From the NCBI GenBank assembly GCA_963667845.2, contig CAXXVL010000001.1, forward strand, positions 416,001 to 480,000: a stretch of DNA of 64,000 nucleotides, read 5' to 3'. This document shows, piece after piece, positions 40,050-52,913 of this stretch (position 1 is the first letter of the stretch; the number at the start of each line of letters is the position of its first letter). The notes beneath the pieces were generated by a model, which saw only the letters and a program-made list of their open reading frames with translations, ran no database searches and was not told the origin of the DNA. The translations under genes and the position numbers were made by a program. The DNA comes from Smithellaceae bacterium (GTDB taxonomy: Bacteria; Desulfobacterota; Syntrophia; Syntrophales; Smithellaceae).

Positions 40050-40204
40050 CAGCGTATAAGGCCGGCCCAGCCTGGGTTTTGCGACAAAGCAGCTTTCAGG
40101 GCTGCATCCGGTGATGACGTCGGAGTCGTTTTAGCGCTTCCCGATTCTGGCCGTCCGGAGAGCGTTTGTAAGTGGTGGCCACGTTCTCGAGGCGCAACAC
40201 GATG

Positions 40205-40220
40205 TGGCACATGTGTTGCA
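40205..40220 (+). promoter_or_regulatory. sigma-54 (-24/-12) promoter of the N-ATPase operon
   Basis: TGGCAC-ATGTG-TTGCA matches the consensus TGGCAC-N5-TTGCW. Confidence 0.8.
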
Positions 40221-40333
40221 CTTCTGAAAGAAACAAAATAGTCAGGCGGTTTCTTTGACAGCAATCATGCAGGATTCGCGGCGCGGATGACAACCGGTCA
40301 CAGCCGGTCATCACCGCAGAAAGGAGAGGGCAT

Positions 40334-42561
<2,228 letters not shown>

Positions 42562-42565
42562 AAAG

Positions 42566-42655
42566 AAGGTTCAAGGTTCAAGGTGCAAGGTACCATTCAG
42601 TAGTTTTAACGTTGAGAATGGAACTTAAAACTTAAGACTTAAAACTTAAAACTTT
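42566..42655. repeat. paired 7-bp tandem repeats between atpC and atpQ
   Basis: (AAGGTNC)x4 at 42566-42593 and AAACTTA-like x5 at 42621-42655. Confidence 0.85.
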
Positions 42656-42670
42656 CAACGGGGTTTGAGC

Positions 42671-43000
42671 ATGGTTGAAATACGACGCACAAACGGGAAA
42701 CGCCGGAAGATGGCCGATCATTTCACCGAACAGGTTGCCAAAAAAGAAGCGCTGCGGCTGAAGGGACTCCGCCATAAGGACGAAACCGTCTGGTTCGGTC
42801 TGGGCATGATGGGCATTGTCGGCTGGGCGGTCGCTATTCCCACGCTGATCGGCGTCGCATTGGGACTCTGGATTGACCGCGCCTGGCCCAGCCAGTATTC
42901 CTGGGCGCTCATGCTGCTCATTGCCGGTGTGATCATCGGCTGCATCAACGCGGCCTACTGGGTTCGGAAGGTACGCAGCAAGATTATCGAGGAAGAATAA
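42671..43000 (+). CDS. atpQ: N-ATPase AtpQ (AtpZ/AtpI-like) subunit
   Basis: 'VWFGLGMMGIVGWAVAIPTLIGVALGLWID...GCINAAYW'. Start uncertain. Confidence 0.88.
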   Translation: MVEIRRTNGKRRKMADHFTEQVAKKEALRLKGLRHKDETVWFGLGMMGIVGWAVAIPTLIGVALGLWIDRAWPSQYSWALMLLIAGVIIGCINAAYWVRKVRSKIIEEE

Positions 43001-43001
43001 T

Positions 43002-43298
43002 ATGACGCTGTCCACCACGATGATTCTGGCGGCGGCTTTTGCCGCCGGGTTGGCCCTCGGCGCATTTTATTTTGTTGCGCTGTGGGAGACGGTGCGCCGC
43101 CTGCCGGAGACGGCAAGTCCCGTACGTTTGATGCTGGGAAGTCTCGTTCTGCGCCTGGCCGTGTTAACTATCGGGTTTTACTTCACCATGGGGGGCCATT
43201 GGGAGCGATTGGCTTTGGCCTTGCTGGGTTTTGTTGTGATGAGGAAGATTCTGACTTACCGCCTGGGACCTCAAAAGGTGGCCCAAACGGTGCACTAA
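43002..43298 (+). CDS. atpR: N-ATPase AtpR subunit
   Basis: 'GLALGAFYF..LW.TVRR...SLVLR...LLGF..R'. Confidence 0.88.
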   Translation: MTLSTTMILAAAFAAGLALGAFYFVALWETVRRLPETASPVRLMLGSLVLRLAVLTIGFYFTMGGHWERLALALLGFVVMRKILTYRLGPQKVAQTVH

Positions 43299-43341
43299 AA
43301 ACAATCGGCGCATCATTTTTGCAGCCGATCAAGGAGTCGAT

Positions 43342-44070
43342 ATGGAGATTGTATCCCTCAATCAGATCAGTCCCGATCAAGTGATCATCTGGAGCTGGAG
43401 CTTCATCACCATCAATGCAACCATTCTCTATACCTGGCTGGTGATGGCCATCCTGGTCGTCGGTTCCTGGCTGGTCACGCGCAACCTGTCGTCGGAAATG
43501 AATGTGTCGCGCTGGCAGCATTTTCTGGAGGTGATCATTTCCATCATCCGGGGTGAAATCAGTGAGATGACGAAAAAGGGGGCGGATAAATATATTCCTC
43601 TGGTCGGAACCCTCTTTTTGTTTATCTGCGTATCCAACATCCTGGTCATTGTTCCGGGGTTTGTCGCGCCGACATCGTCCATGACGACCACGGCGGCGCT
43701 GGCTTCCTGCGTCTTTATCGCCGTTCCTTTCTATGGAATATCGCGCAACGGACTTTTTCATTATGTCCGGGAATATTTTCAGCCTAATTTTATTTTCTTT
43801 CCCTTCCATGTCATGGGGGAATTATCCAGAACGCTGGCCCTCACCGTTCGTCTTTTCGGTAACATTATGAGTCACGAAAAGGTCGTCGGTATTCTGCTGG
43901 CCGTTACACCTTTTTTGTTCCCGGTGGTCATGCAGATTCTGGGACTGCTCATCGGGGTGATCCAGGCCTACATTTTTGCGATCCTTTCCATGGTCTATAT
44001 CGCTTCAGCGCTTTCCGCTGAAGACGAAGTTCATCATACGGAGACAAAGCAAGAGGGCGTAAGCGCTTAA
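43342..44070 (+). CDS. atpB: ATPase a subunit
   Basis: 'SRTLALTVRLFGNIMS', 'IQAYIFAILS.VYI'. Confidence 0.95.
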   Translation: MEIVSLNQISPDQVIIWSWSFITINATILYTWLVMAILVVGSWLVTRNLSSEMNVSRWQHFLEVIISIIRGEISEMTKKGADKYIPLVGTLFLFICVSNILVIVPGFVAPTSSMTTTAALASCVFIAVPFYGISRNGLFHYVREYFQPNFIFFPFHVMGELSRTLALTVRLFGNIMSHEKVVGILLAVTPFLFPVVMQILGLLIGVIQAYIFAILSMVYIASALSAEDEVHHTETKQEGVSA

Positions 44071-44098
44071 AAAACAATTTTATAAAGGAGGAGTATTT

Positions 44099-44365
44099 AT
44101 GGACAGCATCAGTCTCGTCGCGATGGCATCGATTTTCGGTGCGGGTTTGGCAATGGCAATCGGTTCAATCGGTCCCGGACTCGGCATGGGACAGGCAATC
44201 TCCCAGGCGCTGGCGGCGATCGCCCAGCAGCCGGATGAGAGAAATTCTTTAACCAGAACCCTATTTGTGGGATTGGCCATGATTGAATCCATCGCTATTT
44301 ACTGTTTCGTTATTTCCATGATCCTGATCTTTGCCAATCCTTTCTGGGGTTTCATTATCAAGTGA
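44099..44365 (+). CDS. atpE: ATPase c subunit
   Basis: 'IGPGLGMG...IAQQP...LAMIESIAIY...ILIFANPF'. Confidence 0.96.
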   Translation: MDSISLVAMASIFGAGLAMAIGSIGPGLGMGQAISQALAAIAQQPDERNSLTRTLFVGLAMIESIAIYCFVISMILIFANPFWGFIIK

Positions 44366-44377
44366 GGGGGATAATCC

Positions 44378-45148
44378 ATGCATATCGACTGGTTTGTTTT
44401 TTTAGCGCAAATCTTTAATTTCCTCCTGCTCATGTACTTGTTGAAACGCTTTCTTTACGGGCGGATCCTCAAGGCCATGGATGACCGTGAAGCAAAAATA
44501 GCTGCGCGCTTCGCCGAGGCTGATGAGTTGAAAGCAAAGGCCAATGTGGCAGCCGAGCTTTATGAAAAACGTAACCAGATGCTCAATGAAACAAAAGAGG
44601 TCATGCTCAATGAGGCCACGATGGCCGCTGACGCCAAGCGCAAGGAGCTTATGGACAAAGTCCGCGTGGAAGTCGAACAGGTCAAAGCGCGTTGGCAGGA
44701 CATGCTGACCCGTGAACAGGATGCCTTCTTCTATGATCTGCGACAGCGCGCGGCCAAACAACTGTATGCCACGGCGCGCAAGGCTCTGTCCGATCTGGCG
44801 GATGCCGATCTGGAAGAGAGAATTGTCGATGAATTTCTCCGCCGGATCCAGGCGCTGGATGCGGAAAAAAGCGCTCAGATGCGCAAGGCAATCACCGGCA
44901 GCGGCAATCGGGTGACCATTCAGAGCGCTTTCGGCATTTCGGAACCGAGGCAGGCCGAGATCGAGGTAATTCTGAAAAAGCAGATCACCAACGGTTTTAC
45001 GATCCGCTATGTGAGTGAACCGGATATCGTGTCGGGCATTGAACTCAGGGTGAACGGGCATAAAATCGCCTGGAGTCTTAATGAATATCTGGAGACGCTT
45101 GTGGAGAGCTTAACGGAAACCCTCCAGAAAGAGGCGCATGCGACATAG
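44378..45148 (+). CDS. atpF: ATPase b subunit with fused delta-like domain
   Basis: 'IDWF..LAQIFNF..L.YLLKRFLY', coiled coil, 'GIELR..GHKIAWSL..YL'. Confidence 0.93.
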   Translation: MHIDWFVFLAQIFNFLLLMYLLKRFLYGRILKAMDDREAKIAARFAEADELKAKANVAAELYEKRNQMLNETKEVMLNEATMAADAKRKELMDKVRVEVEQVKARWQDMLTREQDAFFYDLRQRAAKQLYATARKALSDLADADLEERIVDEFLRRIQALDAEKSAQMRKAITGSGNRVTIQSAFGISEPRQAEIEVILKKQITNGFTIRYVSEPDIVSGIELRVNGHKIAWSLNEYLETLVESLTETLQKEAHAT

Positions 45149-45152
45149 AAGA

Positions 45153-45200
45153 CAGGTTCAAGGTTCAAGGTGCAAGGTGCAGGGACCAGGGACAGGGAGC
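45153..45200. repeat. 7-bp tandem repeats between atpF and atpA
   Basis: CAGGTTC AAGGTTC AAGGTGC AAGGTGC AGGGACC AGGGAC AGGGAGC. Confidence 0.85.
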
Positions 45201-45244
45201 AGCGCTCAAGGCGATAAGGGGAAAAAGACGGCAGGAGGCTTGGA

Positions 45245-46813
45245 ATGAATTCAGAGGCGAATAAAGTGGAAAGTCAGGAATTAAAGACTTTTTTGGACGA
45301 TACATTTGATACGATGGACAAAGTCCTGGACGGGCAGACTGCGGAACTGCGGCAACTGGAGATCGGCCAGGTGGAGTTTGTCGGACGCGATATTGCCCGG
45401 GTCAGCGGACTGCCGCATATCCGCGCGGAGGAACTGGTCCGCTTTGCCGGAAATTACATGGGGCTGGTCTTCAATATCGACCCGACAGAAATCGGTGTTG
45501 TCATGCTGGACCCCAGTGAGCATCTGCAGGTGGGGTCGGAAGTGCAGCGCACCAAGCGCGTTCTGGATGTGCCGGTGGGGGACGCGCTCCTGGGACGGGT
45601 GGTTGATCCGATCGGGCGGCCGCTCGACGGCCTGGGGGAAGTGAATACCGTCATGCGTCTGCCAGTGGAGCGGCCCGCGCCTGCGGTTATGGACCGCGCC
45701 CCGGTTGTCGTTCCGCTGCAGACGGGTATCAAGGTGATCGATGCGCTCATTCCCGTCGGGCGCGGTCAGCGCGAATTAATTTTGGGCGACAGAATGACCG
45801 GCAAAACAGCCATTGCCGTGGATACGATTATCAACCAGAAGAACACCGGCATTATTTCCATTTACTGCGCCACCGGCAAGAAAAGCGCCGATGTGGCCAA
45901 GGTGATTGCCGATTTGCGGGATCACGGCGTGATGGGGCAGTGCATCGTGGTTGTGGCCACCGGTGAAGATACGCCGGGACTGCAATTTATCGCGCCTTAC
46001 GCGGCCACCAGCATGGGAGAATATTTCGTCGAGCAGGGCAGGGACGTTCTGATTGTCTACGATGATCTGACTTCACATGCCCGGGCCTACCGGGAAGTGT
46101 CGCTGCTTTTGCGGCGGCCGCCGGGACGCGAAGCTTTTCCCGGTGATATCTTTTACATCCACTCCCGACTGCTCGAGCGCTCCACGCATATGAAGCCGGA
46201 ATTGGGCGGCGGGTCGCTGACGTCATTGCCGATTACGGAAACGGAAGCGCAGGATATGTCATCCTACATTCCGACCAATCTCATTTCCATTACGGACGGG
46301 CAGATTTATCTCTCGCCGGTTCTTTTCAGCAAGGGCATTCTGCCGGCGGTAGATGTCGGTAAGTCCGTCTCGCGTGTGGGCGGCAAAACACAGTTGCCCG
46401 CTTACCGTTCCGTGGCGGGCGATCTCAGACTGTCCTACTCGCAGTTTGAAGAGCTGGAATCCTTCTCCCGCTTCGGTACCAGGCTGGATGACTCCACGCG
46501 CCGGACGCTGGAGCGGGGCTGGCGCGTCCGCGAAATTCTGAAACAGGGGCAGTACAAGCCGCTCCGGGCCTCGGAACAAATCGCCTCGCTGCTATCCGTG
46601 ACCGGCGGCGCGCTGGATTGTGTTCCGACGGAAAAAATCCGGGAAGTGGAGAAGCACCTGCTCGCGGCGGTTAATGAGCATTTGCCGGAATTATGCGACC
46701 GCATCGAAGCCGGCAAGAAGCTGGAAATGGCGGACCGTGACAGCATCATGAATAAAATCAAACCGGCTATTGCACCTTTTGAAGAAGTTGAGGACGCCAA
46801 TGCAAACAACTGA
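45245..46813 (+). CDS. atpA: N-type ATPase alpha subunit
   Basis: [43 protein letters not shown]. Confidence 0.97.
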   Translation: MNSEANKVESQELKTFLDDTFDTMDKVLDGQTAELRQLEIGQVEFVGRDIARVSGLPHIRAEELVRFAGNYMGLVFNIDPTEIGVVMLDPSEHLQVGSEVQRTKRVLDVPVGDALLGRVVDPIGRPLDGLGEVNTVMRLPVERPAPAVMDRAPVVVPLQTGIKVIDALIPVGRGQRELILGDRMTGKTAIAVDTIINQKNTGIISIYCATGKKSADVAKVIADLRDHGVMGQCIVVVATGEDTPGLQFIAPYAATSMGEYFVEQGRDVLIVYDDLTSHARAYREVSLLLRRPPGREAFPGDIFYIHSRLLERSTHMKPELGGGSLTSLPITETEAQDMSSYIPTNLISITDGQIYLSPVLFSKGILPAVDVGKSVSRVGGKTQLPAYRSVAGDLRLSYSQFEELESFSRFGTRLDDSTRRTLERGWRVREILKQGQYKPLRASEQIASLLSVTGGALDCVPTEKIREVEKHLLAAVNEHLPELCDRIEAGKKLEMADRDSIMNKIKPAIAPFEEVEDANANN

Positions 46814-47690
46814 GTCTCTGAAAAGGAGAATGAAAAGTGCAGGTGATCTTCTGTCGGTCGTCAAGACGATGAAGGCGCTGGCGGCCGTGAGTATCCGTCA
46901 ATACCAGAAGGCGGTGGATTCCCTGCGCGATTATAACCGGACCGTGGAGATGGGCCTGCAGATCGTGCTCAAAGAGAGAATGGGCGCGATGCTCGAGCGC
47001 AAAACCGCGACGATGAAACGCCTGGGCGTGATCGTTTTCGGTTCGGATCAGGGCCTGTGCGGACAACTCAATGAACAGATTTCCGTCTTTATGCTGAATT
47101 ACGCCAAGCATGCGGGCATCAAAAAGGAAAACCGGAAAGTGCTGTCCGTCGGAGCGCGCGTCGCCGATTATGTGGAAGATGCCGGTCAGACGGTGGATGA
47201 GTTGTTGCCGACGCCCAGTTCGACGGCCGGGATCACGCCGCTGGTTCAGGAAATCATCATGATCATCGATGAATGGCATTTCCGCCAAAATGTTGATCAC
47301 TTTTTTCTGTTTTACAACAAGTATGAAAGCGGAGCAACCTATCATCCCCATCAGGTGCAGCTGCTGCCGGTGAACCGGGAGTGGCTCAAAGAGATTGCCA
47401 AGAAGAAATGGGATTCCAAATCCCTGCCTATTTTCCGGATGGACGGCGATCAGATTTTTTCGTCGCTGATCCGGGAGTACCTTTTCGTGTCGCTATACCG
47501 GGCGTTTGCCGAGTCGCTGGCCAGTGAAAATGCCAGCCGCCTGGCTTCCATGCAGAATGCCGAGAAAAACATCGAGGAGCAACTGCAGGATCTGCACGTG
47601 CAGTTCCACCGAACGCGGCAGATGACGATTACCGAAGAACTGCTCGATATCGTCGCCGGTTTCGAGGCAATGCAGGAAGAAGCATCATAG
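46800..47690 (+). CDS. atpG: N-type ATPase gamma subunit
   Basis: '[10 protein letters not shown]', 'GSDQGLCGQ', '[11 protein letters not shown]', '[16 protein letters not shown]'. Confidence 0.95.
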   Translation: MQTTESLKRRMKSAGDLLSVVKTMKALAAVSIRQYQKAVDSLRDYNRTVEMGLQIVLKERMGAMLERKTATMKRLGVIVFGSDQGLCGQLNEQISVFMLNYAKHAGIKKENRKVLSVGARVADYVEDAGQTVDELLPTPSSTAGITPLVQEIIMIIDEWHFRQNVDHFFLFYNKYESGATYHPHQVQLLPVNREWLKEIAKKKWDSKSLPIFRMDGDQIFSSLIREYLFVSLYRAFAESLASENASRLASMQNAEKNIEEQLQDLHVQFHRTRQMTITEELLDIVAGFEAMQEEAS

Positions 47691-47714
47691 CGTTTTTTAG
47701 AAAGGAGGACCGGT

Positions 47715-48509
47715 ATGTCAACAGGTTCGGATAAAAGAATTTGCGTTATCTGTGCGTGGCGGGAAAACTGCACGAAACGTTATCGGGTAAAGGTCAATGC
47801 CTTGTTCGATGTGAATTGCCCCGACTATACCCGGGACATCAAACTCAAGGAGAAGGATGTCGATATACTGGTTGATGATCAGATCATGCGCTGGCAAAAA
47901 GAAAAGAAGGAAAAGCCGGGACACGTCATCACGCTCTCCAGCGAAACGGGCGCAGGCGGCGGCAGGGTGGCCAGAGTCCTGGCCACGGAGCTGTGCATGA
48001 ATATTGTCGGCAGTGACCTCATCCAGAAAGTAGCAGAAAGCGCGCACATGAGTGACAAAGTGATCAAATCTCTGGATGAAAAGAGTATTTCACTTTTAGA
48101 CAGTTTGATCAGTTCCTTTTTTGAGGCGCGCCACATCTGGCCCAATGAATACATCCGTCATTTGTCGATGGTGATGCACACGAATGCGGAGCACGGCAAT
48201 ATCATCATTATCGGCCGCGGCGGTTGCTTCATTTTGAAAGACAAATCGTTTCGGGTGCGTATTATTGGACCCGAGGCAATGCGGGTGGAGAAAGTCATGC
48301 GCGATCGTCACCTGTCCCAGGCGGATGCACTGGCCTTCGTGCACAAATATGATGAATACCAGGTCGGTTTCATGAAAAAATATTTCAATGAAGACATTAA
48401 CGATTCGAAGCACTACGATATGGTAGTGAATACGCAGCATGTCGATATTGACAGCGCGGCCCAGGCGATAAAAAAATCGTTTCTCTCCTGGAAGGCCATG
48501 CGTGAGTGA
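47715..48509 (+). CDS. cytidylate-kinase-like protein with N-terminal 4-Cys domain
   Basis: 'CVICAWRENC...CPDY'; 'VITLSSETGAGG', 'IIIGRGG', 'YDMVVNT'. Confidence 0.85.
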   Translation: MSTGSDKRICVICAWRENCTKRYRVKVNALFDVNCPDYTRDIKLKEKDVDILVDDQIMRWQKEKKEKPGHVITLSSETGAGGGRVARVLATELCMNIVGSDLIQKVAESAHMSDKVIKSLDEKSISLLDSLISSFFEARHIWPNEYIRHLSMVMHTNAEHGNIIIIGRGGCFILKDKSFRVRIIGPEAMRVEKVMRDRHLSQADALAFVHKYDEYQVGFMKKYFNEDINDSKHYDMVVNTQHVDIDSAAQAIKKSFLSWKAMRE

Positions 48510-48737
48510 AAAAAAGTATTAACTGCTGTGGCAATCGAAAGGTCATTCGACAGGAAGAGAGTTCACGGCCGTGATGCGCTCGTGAATCCTCGCATGGAGT
48601 TGACGGTCATTCGTGTTTCCGGCTAAAGGATTTGGGAAGCGGGCCCCCTGGGAGGGGGAACGCGATTGAGGCAATAAAGTTAACAAAAGAATGCAGTCTG
48701 TTATTTGTCTTGAATTGAAGGGCAGTGGTGCTTGCTC

Positions 48738-48932
48738 ATGACAAACTTTGAGCGTGATTTGCTTTTAGGATTGGCGGAAGAGATCATTCTACAGCTGAAG
48801 AACCGGATCACCGAGATTGAAAATCTTCATCCCCGGGAGTCGGCTCTGGGCATTGCCACATTCCAGGAGCGCCTGCGCACCATTGAGCATTTGCGGGATT
48901 CCGTGAAGCAGGATCGTGAACTCGCCGTCTGA
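48738..48932 (+). CDS. small helical hypothetical protein
   Basis: Amphipathic 64-aa ORF converging on the kinase gene. Confidence 0.5.
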   Translation: MTNFERDLLLGLAEEIILQLKNRITEIENLHPRESALGIATFQERLRTIEHLRDSVKQDRELAV

Positions 48933-48939
48933 CCGGCTT

Positions 48940-50181
48940 TTACTTTTTATCCTGATTGCCGTTGGGGATTGCGCGCAGGTAGATAAAGATGGTCGTGCCG
49001 ACGCCGACCAGCGACTCCATGCTGATCAGACCGTTGTGATATTTAATGATGGAATCGCAGGTGGCGAGCCCCAGTCCGATGCCGCCGCGTTCTTTCTTTT
49101 CCTTGGTCGTAAAATACGGATCAAAAACTTTGGAGAGATTTTCCCGGGGGATGCCGACGCCGCGGTCTTTCACGATGATCCGGACGTAGTTGCCCTCGCC
49201 CAGTGCCCGGATATTGGTTGCCGTACTGGTGTTTTCGGCGATAACTTCCATGGTGCCGCCGCCGGGCATGGCTTCTTTGGCGTTCGTGACGATGTTTTCG
49301 ATCACCTGTTTGATCTGCATCGCGTCAACTTCCACGGGCCACAGGTCGGGAGAGATCACCGGCTCGCAGGCTACGTCGGAGCCGGCCAGTGTTTTCTGGA
49401 CGGCTTCCTTGACCAGATCGCCGATTCGTTCGATCTTTTTTACCGGATAGCCGCCCTGGGCGAAAGTGATCAGCCGATGTGCGAGTTCCTTGGCTTGCAG
49501 GCCTGCCCGTTCCGCAATCGCCAGACCGTTTTCCAGAATCTTATCTTCTTCATTGGCGGATATTTTCGCCAGGAAGACGTTGCGGAGAATGGCCGTGAGC
49601 AGACTGTCAAAGTCCTTGGCGACGCCGTCGGCAAAGGTTCCCAGGGATTCGAGCTTTGTCCGCTGGAGGAGTTCTTCTTCGGCCGTTTTCTGATCCGTGA
49701 TGTCTTCCAGCGTCTCCATCGCGCCGAAGGTCTTGCCGCTCGAATCGCGGATACTCGCCGAAGTGATGCGAAACCATTTTCCTTTTTCGCCCAGTTCGGA
49801 GAAAAACTGGGTGACTTCGTAGGCGTTTTTGAGGACCTTGGATTTCGTGACCTCGCCCGTGTAAAGGGATGTGGAATTTTCGTCGATCTTGCTATTCAGT
49901 ATCAAATCCGCCATGCAGGAGCGCGGAGAGGCATAGAAGGCCCGCCACTGCTGGTCCGTGCCGAGCACCTGTTTAGCCTCAATGCCGGAGAGCCCCTCGA
50001 GGGCCTTGTTCCAATGGAGGATTTTGTGATCGGTATCGATGACGAAGGTTGGAATGGGAGAACTCTGAATAATGCTGCGGAGAATCTGCTCGTCATTGCG
50101 GCCCCGCCAGATCGCATAAACGAAACTGACGATAGCCGTTGCCGCCAGAAAAAAGATAAAGAGAAGAAAATGAAGTTGCAT
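48940..50181 (-). CDS. PAS-domain histidine-kinase-like protein lacking the phospho-accepting His
   Basis: TM + PAS + 'LESLGTFADGVAKDFDSLL' H-box + intact N (NAKEAM), G1 (DRGVGI), F (FDPYFTTK) and G2 (GIGLGL) boxes. Confidence 0.9.
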   Translation of the reverse strand: MQLHFLLFIFFLAATAIVSFVYAIWRGRNDEQILRSIIQSSPIPTFVIDTDHKILHWNKALEGLSGIEAKQVLGTDQQWRAFYASPRSCMADLILNSKIDENSTSLYTGEVTKSKVLKNAYEVTQFFSELGEKGKWFRITSASIRDSSGKTFGAMETLEDITDQKTAEEELLQRTKLESLGTFADGVAKDFDSLLTAILRNVFLAKISANEEDKILENGLAIAERAGLQAKELAHRLITFAQGGYPVKKIERIGDLVKEAVQKTLAGSDVACEPVISPDLWPVEVDAMQIKQVIENIVTNAKEAMPGGGTMEVIAENTSTATNIRALGEGNYVRIIVKDRGVGIPRENLSKVFDPYFTTKEKKERGGIGLGLATCDSIIKYHNGLISMESLVGVGTTIFIYLRAIPNGNQDKK

Positions 50182-51004
50182 GATATTTCCCGTATCTCAA
50201 AATGTCCGGTTTCGGAATCACGATCCGATCATATCATTTTTATCGCACAACATACCGCCTCAAACGTTTGGGCGTCTTTGAATAGCAAGGATGGGCCGAA
50301 ATTGCAAGATTCTAATGGTGGTCTGCCGGTTTCTTACCGGGAGGGTGTGTTACAAAAGACACCATTATGAAATTAAAACATAATTATCACCTGTAAGTCA
50401 GCGGGCAAAGCCGGCGGCAGGCTGTCTTCCACAGCGATTCCACGGATTCGTACAAAATCCGCCAGATGGCCCGTATCAGGTCTGATGCCGCTGCGTCTCG
50501 CGGTGATGACGGGGACGGGGTGCACTGGATCAAAGCCAAAACGCACTCCCCGAAGCGCGGACAGGATCGTGACGGCAAACAACAGAGCCTTTTGGAAAGA
50601 GGGGTTGATCGAAGCCGGCAACTGTGTTTTCTCCTCGTATTGATCCGCGGTTCACATATTTTCCGGCATGTTCGTGTCAAGGGAAGATTGATTGACGCCG
50701 CAGATTATTTCGGGGCGTCCGAAAACCGTCCGATGTTCCATAACGACTCGCGCCATAACACCTCGGCCATCATTGGCTTAAGTCACACCCCGATACTCCG
50801 TTCTGATCAGATGAATCATGCGGGAAAAAAGAGAATCTATACTAAATGAAAAGATTAAATATGGAATAATGGCGTATCCGATATCTTTAAGAACGTCGTG
50901 TGTATCGCCGGCACCAAGAACTTGCTTTTCACGGCGGGCAGCAAACGACAGCCGGCTCAAAATAACACCGGCTGTCGTTGCTTTTATTCTCCCGATAATA
51001 TTGT

Positions 51005-52723
51005 TTACTGCATGATCAGACGCAGGTCAGCCAACCAATTATTGTTGGCACCCGCCGCATCCGTTGTGTTGTTATTTGCTGCGGCTTCCCGCATTAAATA
51101 ACGAACATCATCTTTATGATCCCCAATATAATTGGTCGCCGCTCCGGAAAGAGTCGACGTTTGAACCACGAGATTCCTTTCGCCGTCATAAACAAACGGC
51201 GTGGAGAGCGGTATTTCTATCCAATCTCCCACCTTGAGCCCGGCGGGCATTGTAAAAGTTCCGCTGTAGACGGTCTGTGCGCCGCTCAGATTGGCGGAGA
51301 ATGTCGCTCCCAATGTCTTATTCGCCGTGTGGCCCATCACAACCGTAAAACTTGCATAATCGGAAGCAACCGCATCGGATGTGGCGAGTCGGCGAGCTAC
51401 TTTGGCAATGGTCCCCTTTGTACCGAGTTCCGAGGCAAGATACAGGTGTTGCGACTTGTTATTGCTTGCACCACTGAAGGGAAAAGACCATGTTCCCGGT
51501 CCGGCTAAAACGACATCCATCGTTCCACCGTTGAAGCGAAATTTGATGCAGTAATAGACGCTTTCGTCGATCCCGTCTCCCGTCGACGCTCCCGCTGCTC
51601 CATAAAGTTTCCTGCCGATGGGAGCGTTACTGTTTAATTTCCAGTCCGTCATGCCGCCCGTCGCTTTAGCGGTTACTTCAATCTCGACAATGAGATTATG
51701 CGTGCCGTCATAATTGAACGCCGCGATCGGCATGGGAATCCAGATATAGGAATTCACGGGAATGCCCGCCGGCACGCTGAACTTCGCCCCGCTGGCCACG
51801 GTAACCGGCGTCCCTACATTGAAATTATTAGCAAATGTACTGGTCAACTGCGTGAGATTTGTATGGCCGAGTCGGACATTAACCGTATATTCCTCCGCTG
51901 TTGTTGCCAGGCCTGCCGGAAAAGCGATGCCGGTGATCCCGCCGGAACCGTTCACTTCAGCCGCGGTATATAAAAGCTGAACCTTTCGCTGTCCCAACGC
52001 ATTCCCGAAAGGCATTACATTAGACAAATTCCCAAACAACCCAACCGCAACATTGTCCCCGCCGGCAAAATTGAATCTAATATCCGGTACGGATGGTCCA
52101 AGTCCTCCTCCGCTCGAAATAACGCTGTTGTATGCGGGGCTTGCCTGATGAACCGTATTACTGACGTAGGTTGGCGTTCCCGTACAAGCTGAACTTCTCG
52201 ACACATCAACAACAAGATTGTCCACCCCGTTGTAATTGAATGGCTGGGTCAAAGGAATTGTAAAGTATCCTCCCGAAGACCCGGCCGGAATGGTTACGCT
52301 GACACCATTCGCCAGCGTCTGAAATGATCCTTTCCCCTGATTAACATTATTATCGTAAGGCAAAGCCAGGTCCGTTACACTGGTATGCCCCATTCTGATG
52401 GTGACGTTCGGGCAGGTTACAGCAGATGCCAAAGCATCGGCGTAGCGAAAGGAGATGGAATTGATCATCCCGGAACCTTGCACATCGCCCGCCCGATAAA
52501 GTATCATGACGCGATTGGCGCCGGGATCACTGTTAAATATCCATGCTGCGCTCGCTGGTGAATCCGGCAGTGATACGGTCTTAATAAATGTCCCCGCCTC
52601 AGCCGGCTCCGGCGCCTGCGCCGGGTCATCGCTTTTACTGCATCCAGCTAAAGTGATCAGAAAAAGGCCTGACAGCAAATATAAAAAAACCTTCTTCCTG
52701 AAAAATCTGACGATCATTTTCAT
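51005..52723 (-). CDS. large lipoprotein with three tandem beta-sandwich repeats
   Basis: Lipobox LAGC; 'LY.A....G.I...GHT...IP....F.Y.G..NL.V' occurs three times. Confidence 0.85.
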   Translation of the reverse strand: MKMIVRFFRKKVFLYLLSGLFLITLAGCSKSDDPAQAPEPAEAGTFIKTVSLPDSPASAAWIFNSDPGANRVMILYRAGDVQGSGMINSISFRYADALASAVTCPNVTIRMGHTSVTDLALPYDNNVNQGKGSFQTLANGVSVTIPAGSSGGYFTIPLTQPFNYNGVDNLVVDVSRSSACTGTPTYVSNTVHQASPAYNSVISSGGGLGPSVPDIRFNFAGGDNVAVGLFGNLSNVMPFGNALGQRKVQLLYTAAEVNGSGGITGIAFPAGLATTAEEYTVNVRLGHTNLTQLTSTFANNFNVGTPVTVASGAKFSVPAGIPVNSYIWIPMPIAAFNYDGTHNLIVEIEVTAKATGGMTDWKLNSNAPIGRKLYGAAGASTGDGIDESVYYCIKFRFNGGTMDVVLAGPGTWSFPFSGASNNKSQHLYLASELGTKGTIAKVARRLATSDAVASDYASFTVVMGHTANKTLGATFSANLSGAQTVYSGTFTMPAGLKVGDWIEIPLSTPFVYDGERNLVVQTSTLSGAATNYIGDHKDDVRYLMREAAANNNTTDAAGANNNWLADLRLIMQ

Positions 52724-52913
52724 GGCGTTTTCTCCTTTACAATATGGGATAGAAAATTGGATCATTTAAGAAATGAAGGGTAATAGACAAGCAAAAGGCC
52801 CATTACTATCAAAGCGATAACAATGAATACTTTTACTTTCTTCGCGCAAGAGAGTTGCATTTCTCTCCCGATAAGTCAAACAGAATTCGATAACGCAAAT
52901 TTTTTTTTTGGAG

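Noticed and set aside
48510..48730. Possible ncRNA after the ATPase operon
   Set aside because: No recognisable 6S, tmRNA, SRP or riboswitch consensus by eye. An Rfam search is needed.
50373..50680. Short minus-strand ORFs with an AGGAG upstream
   Set aside because: No family similarity recognised. Could be a remnant, but I cannot support it.
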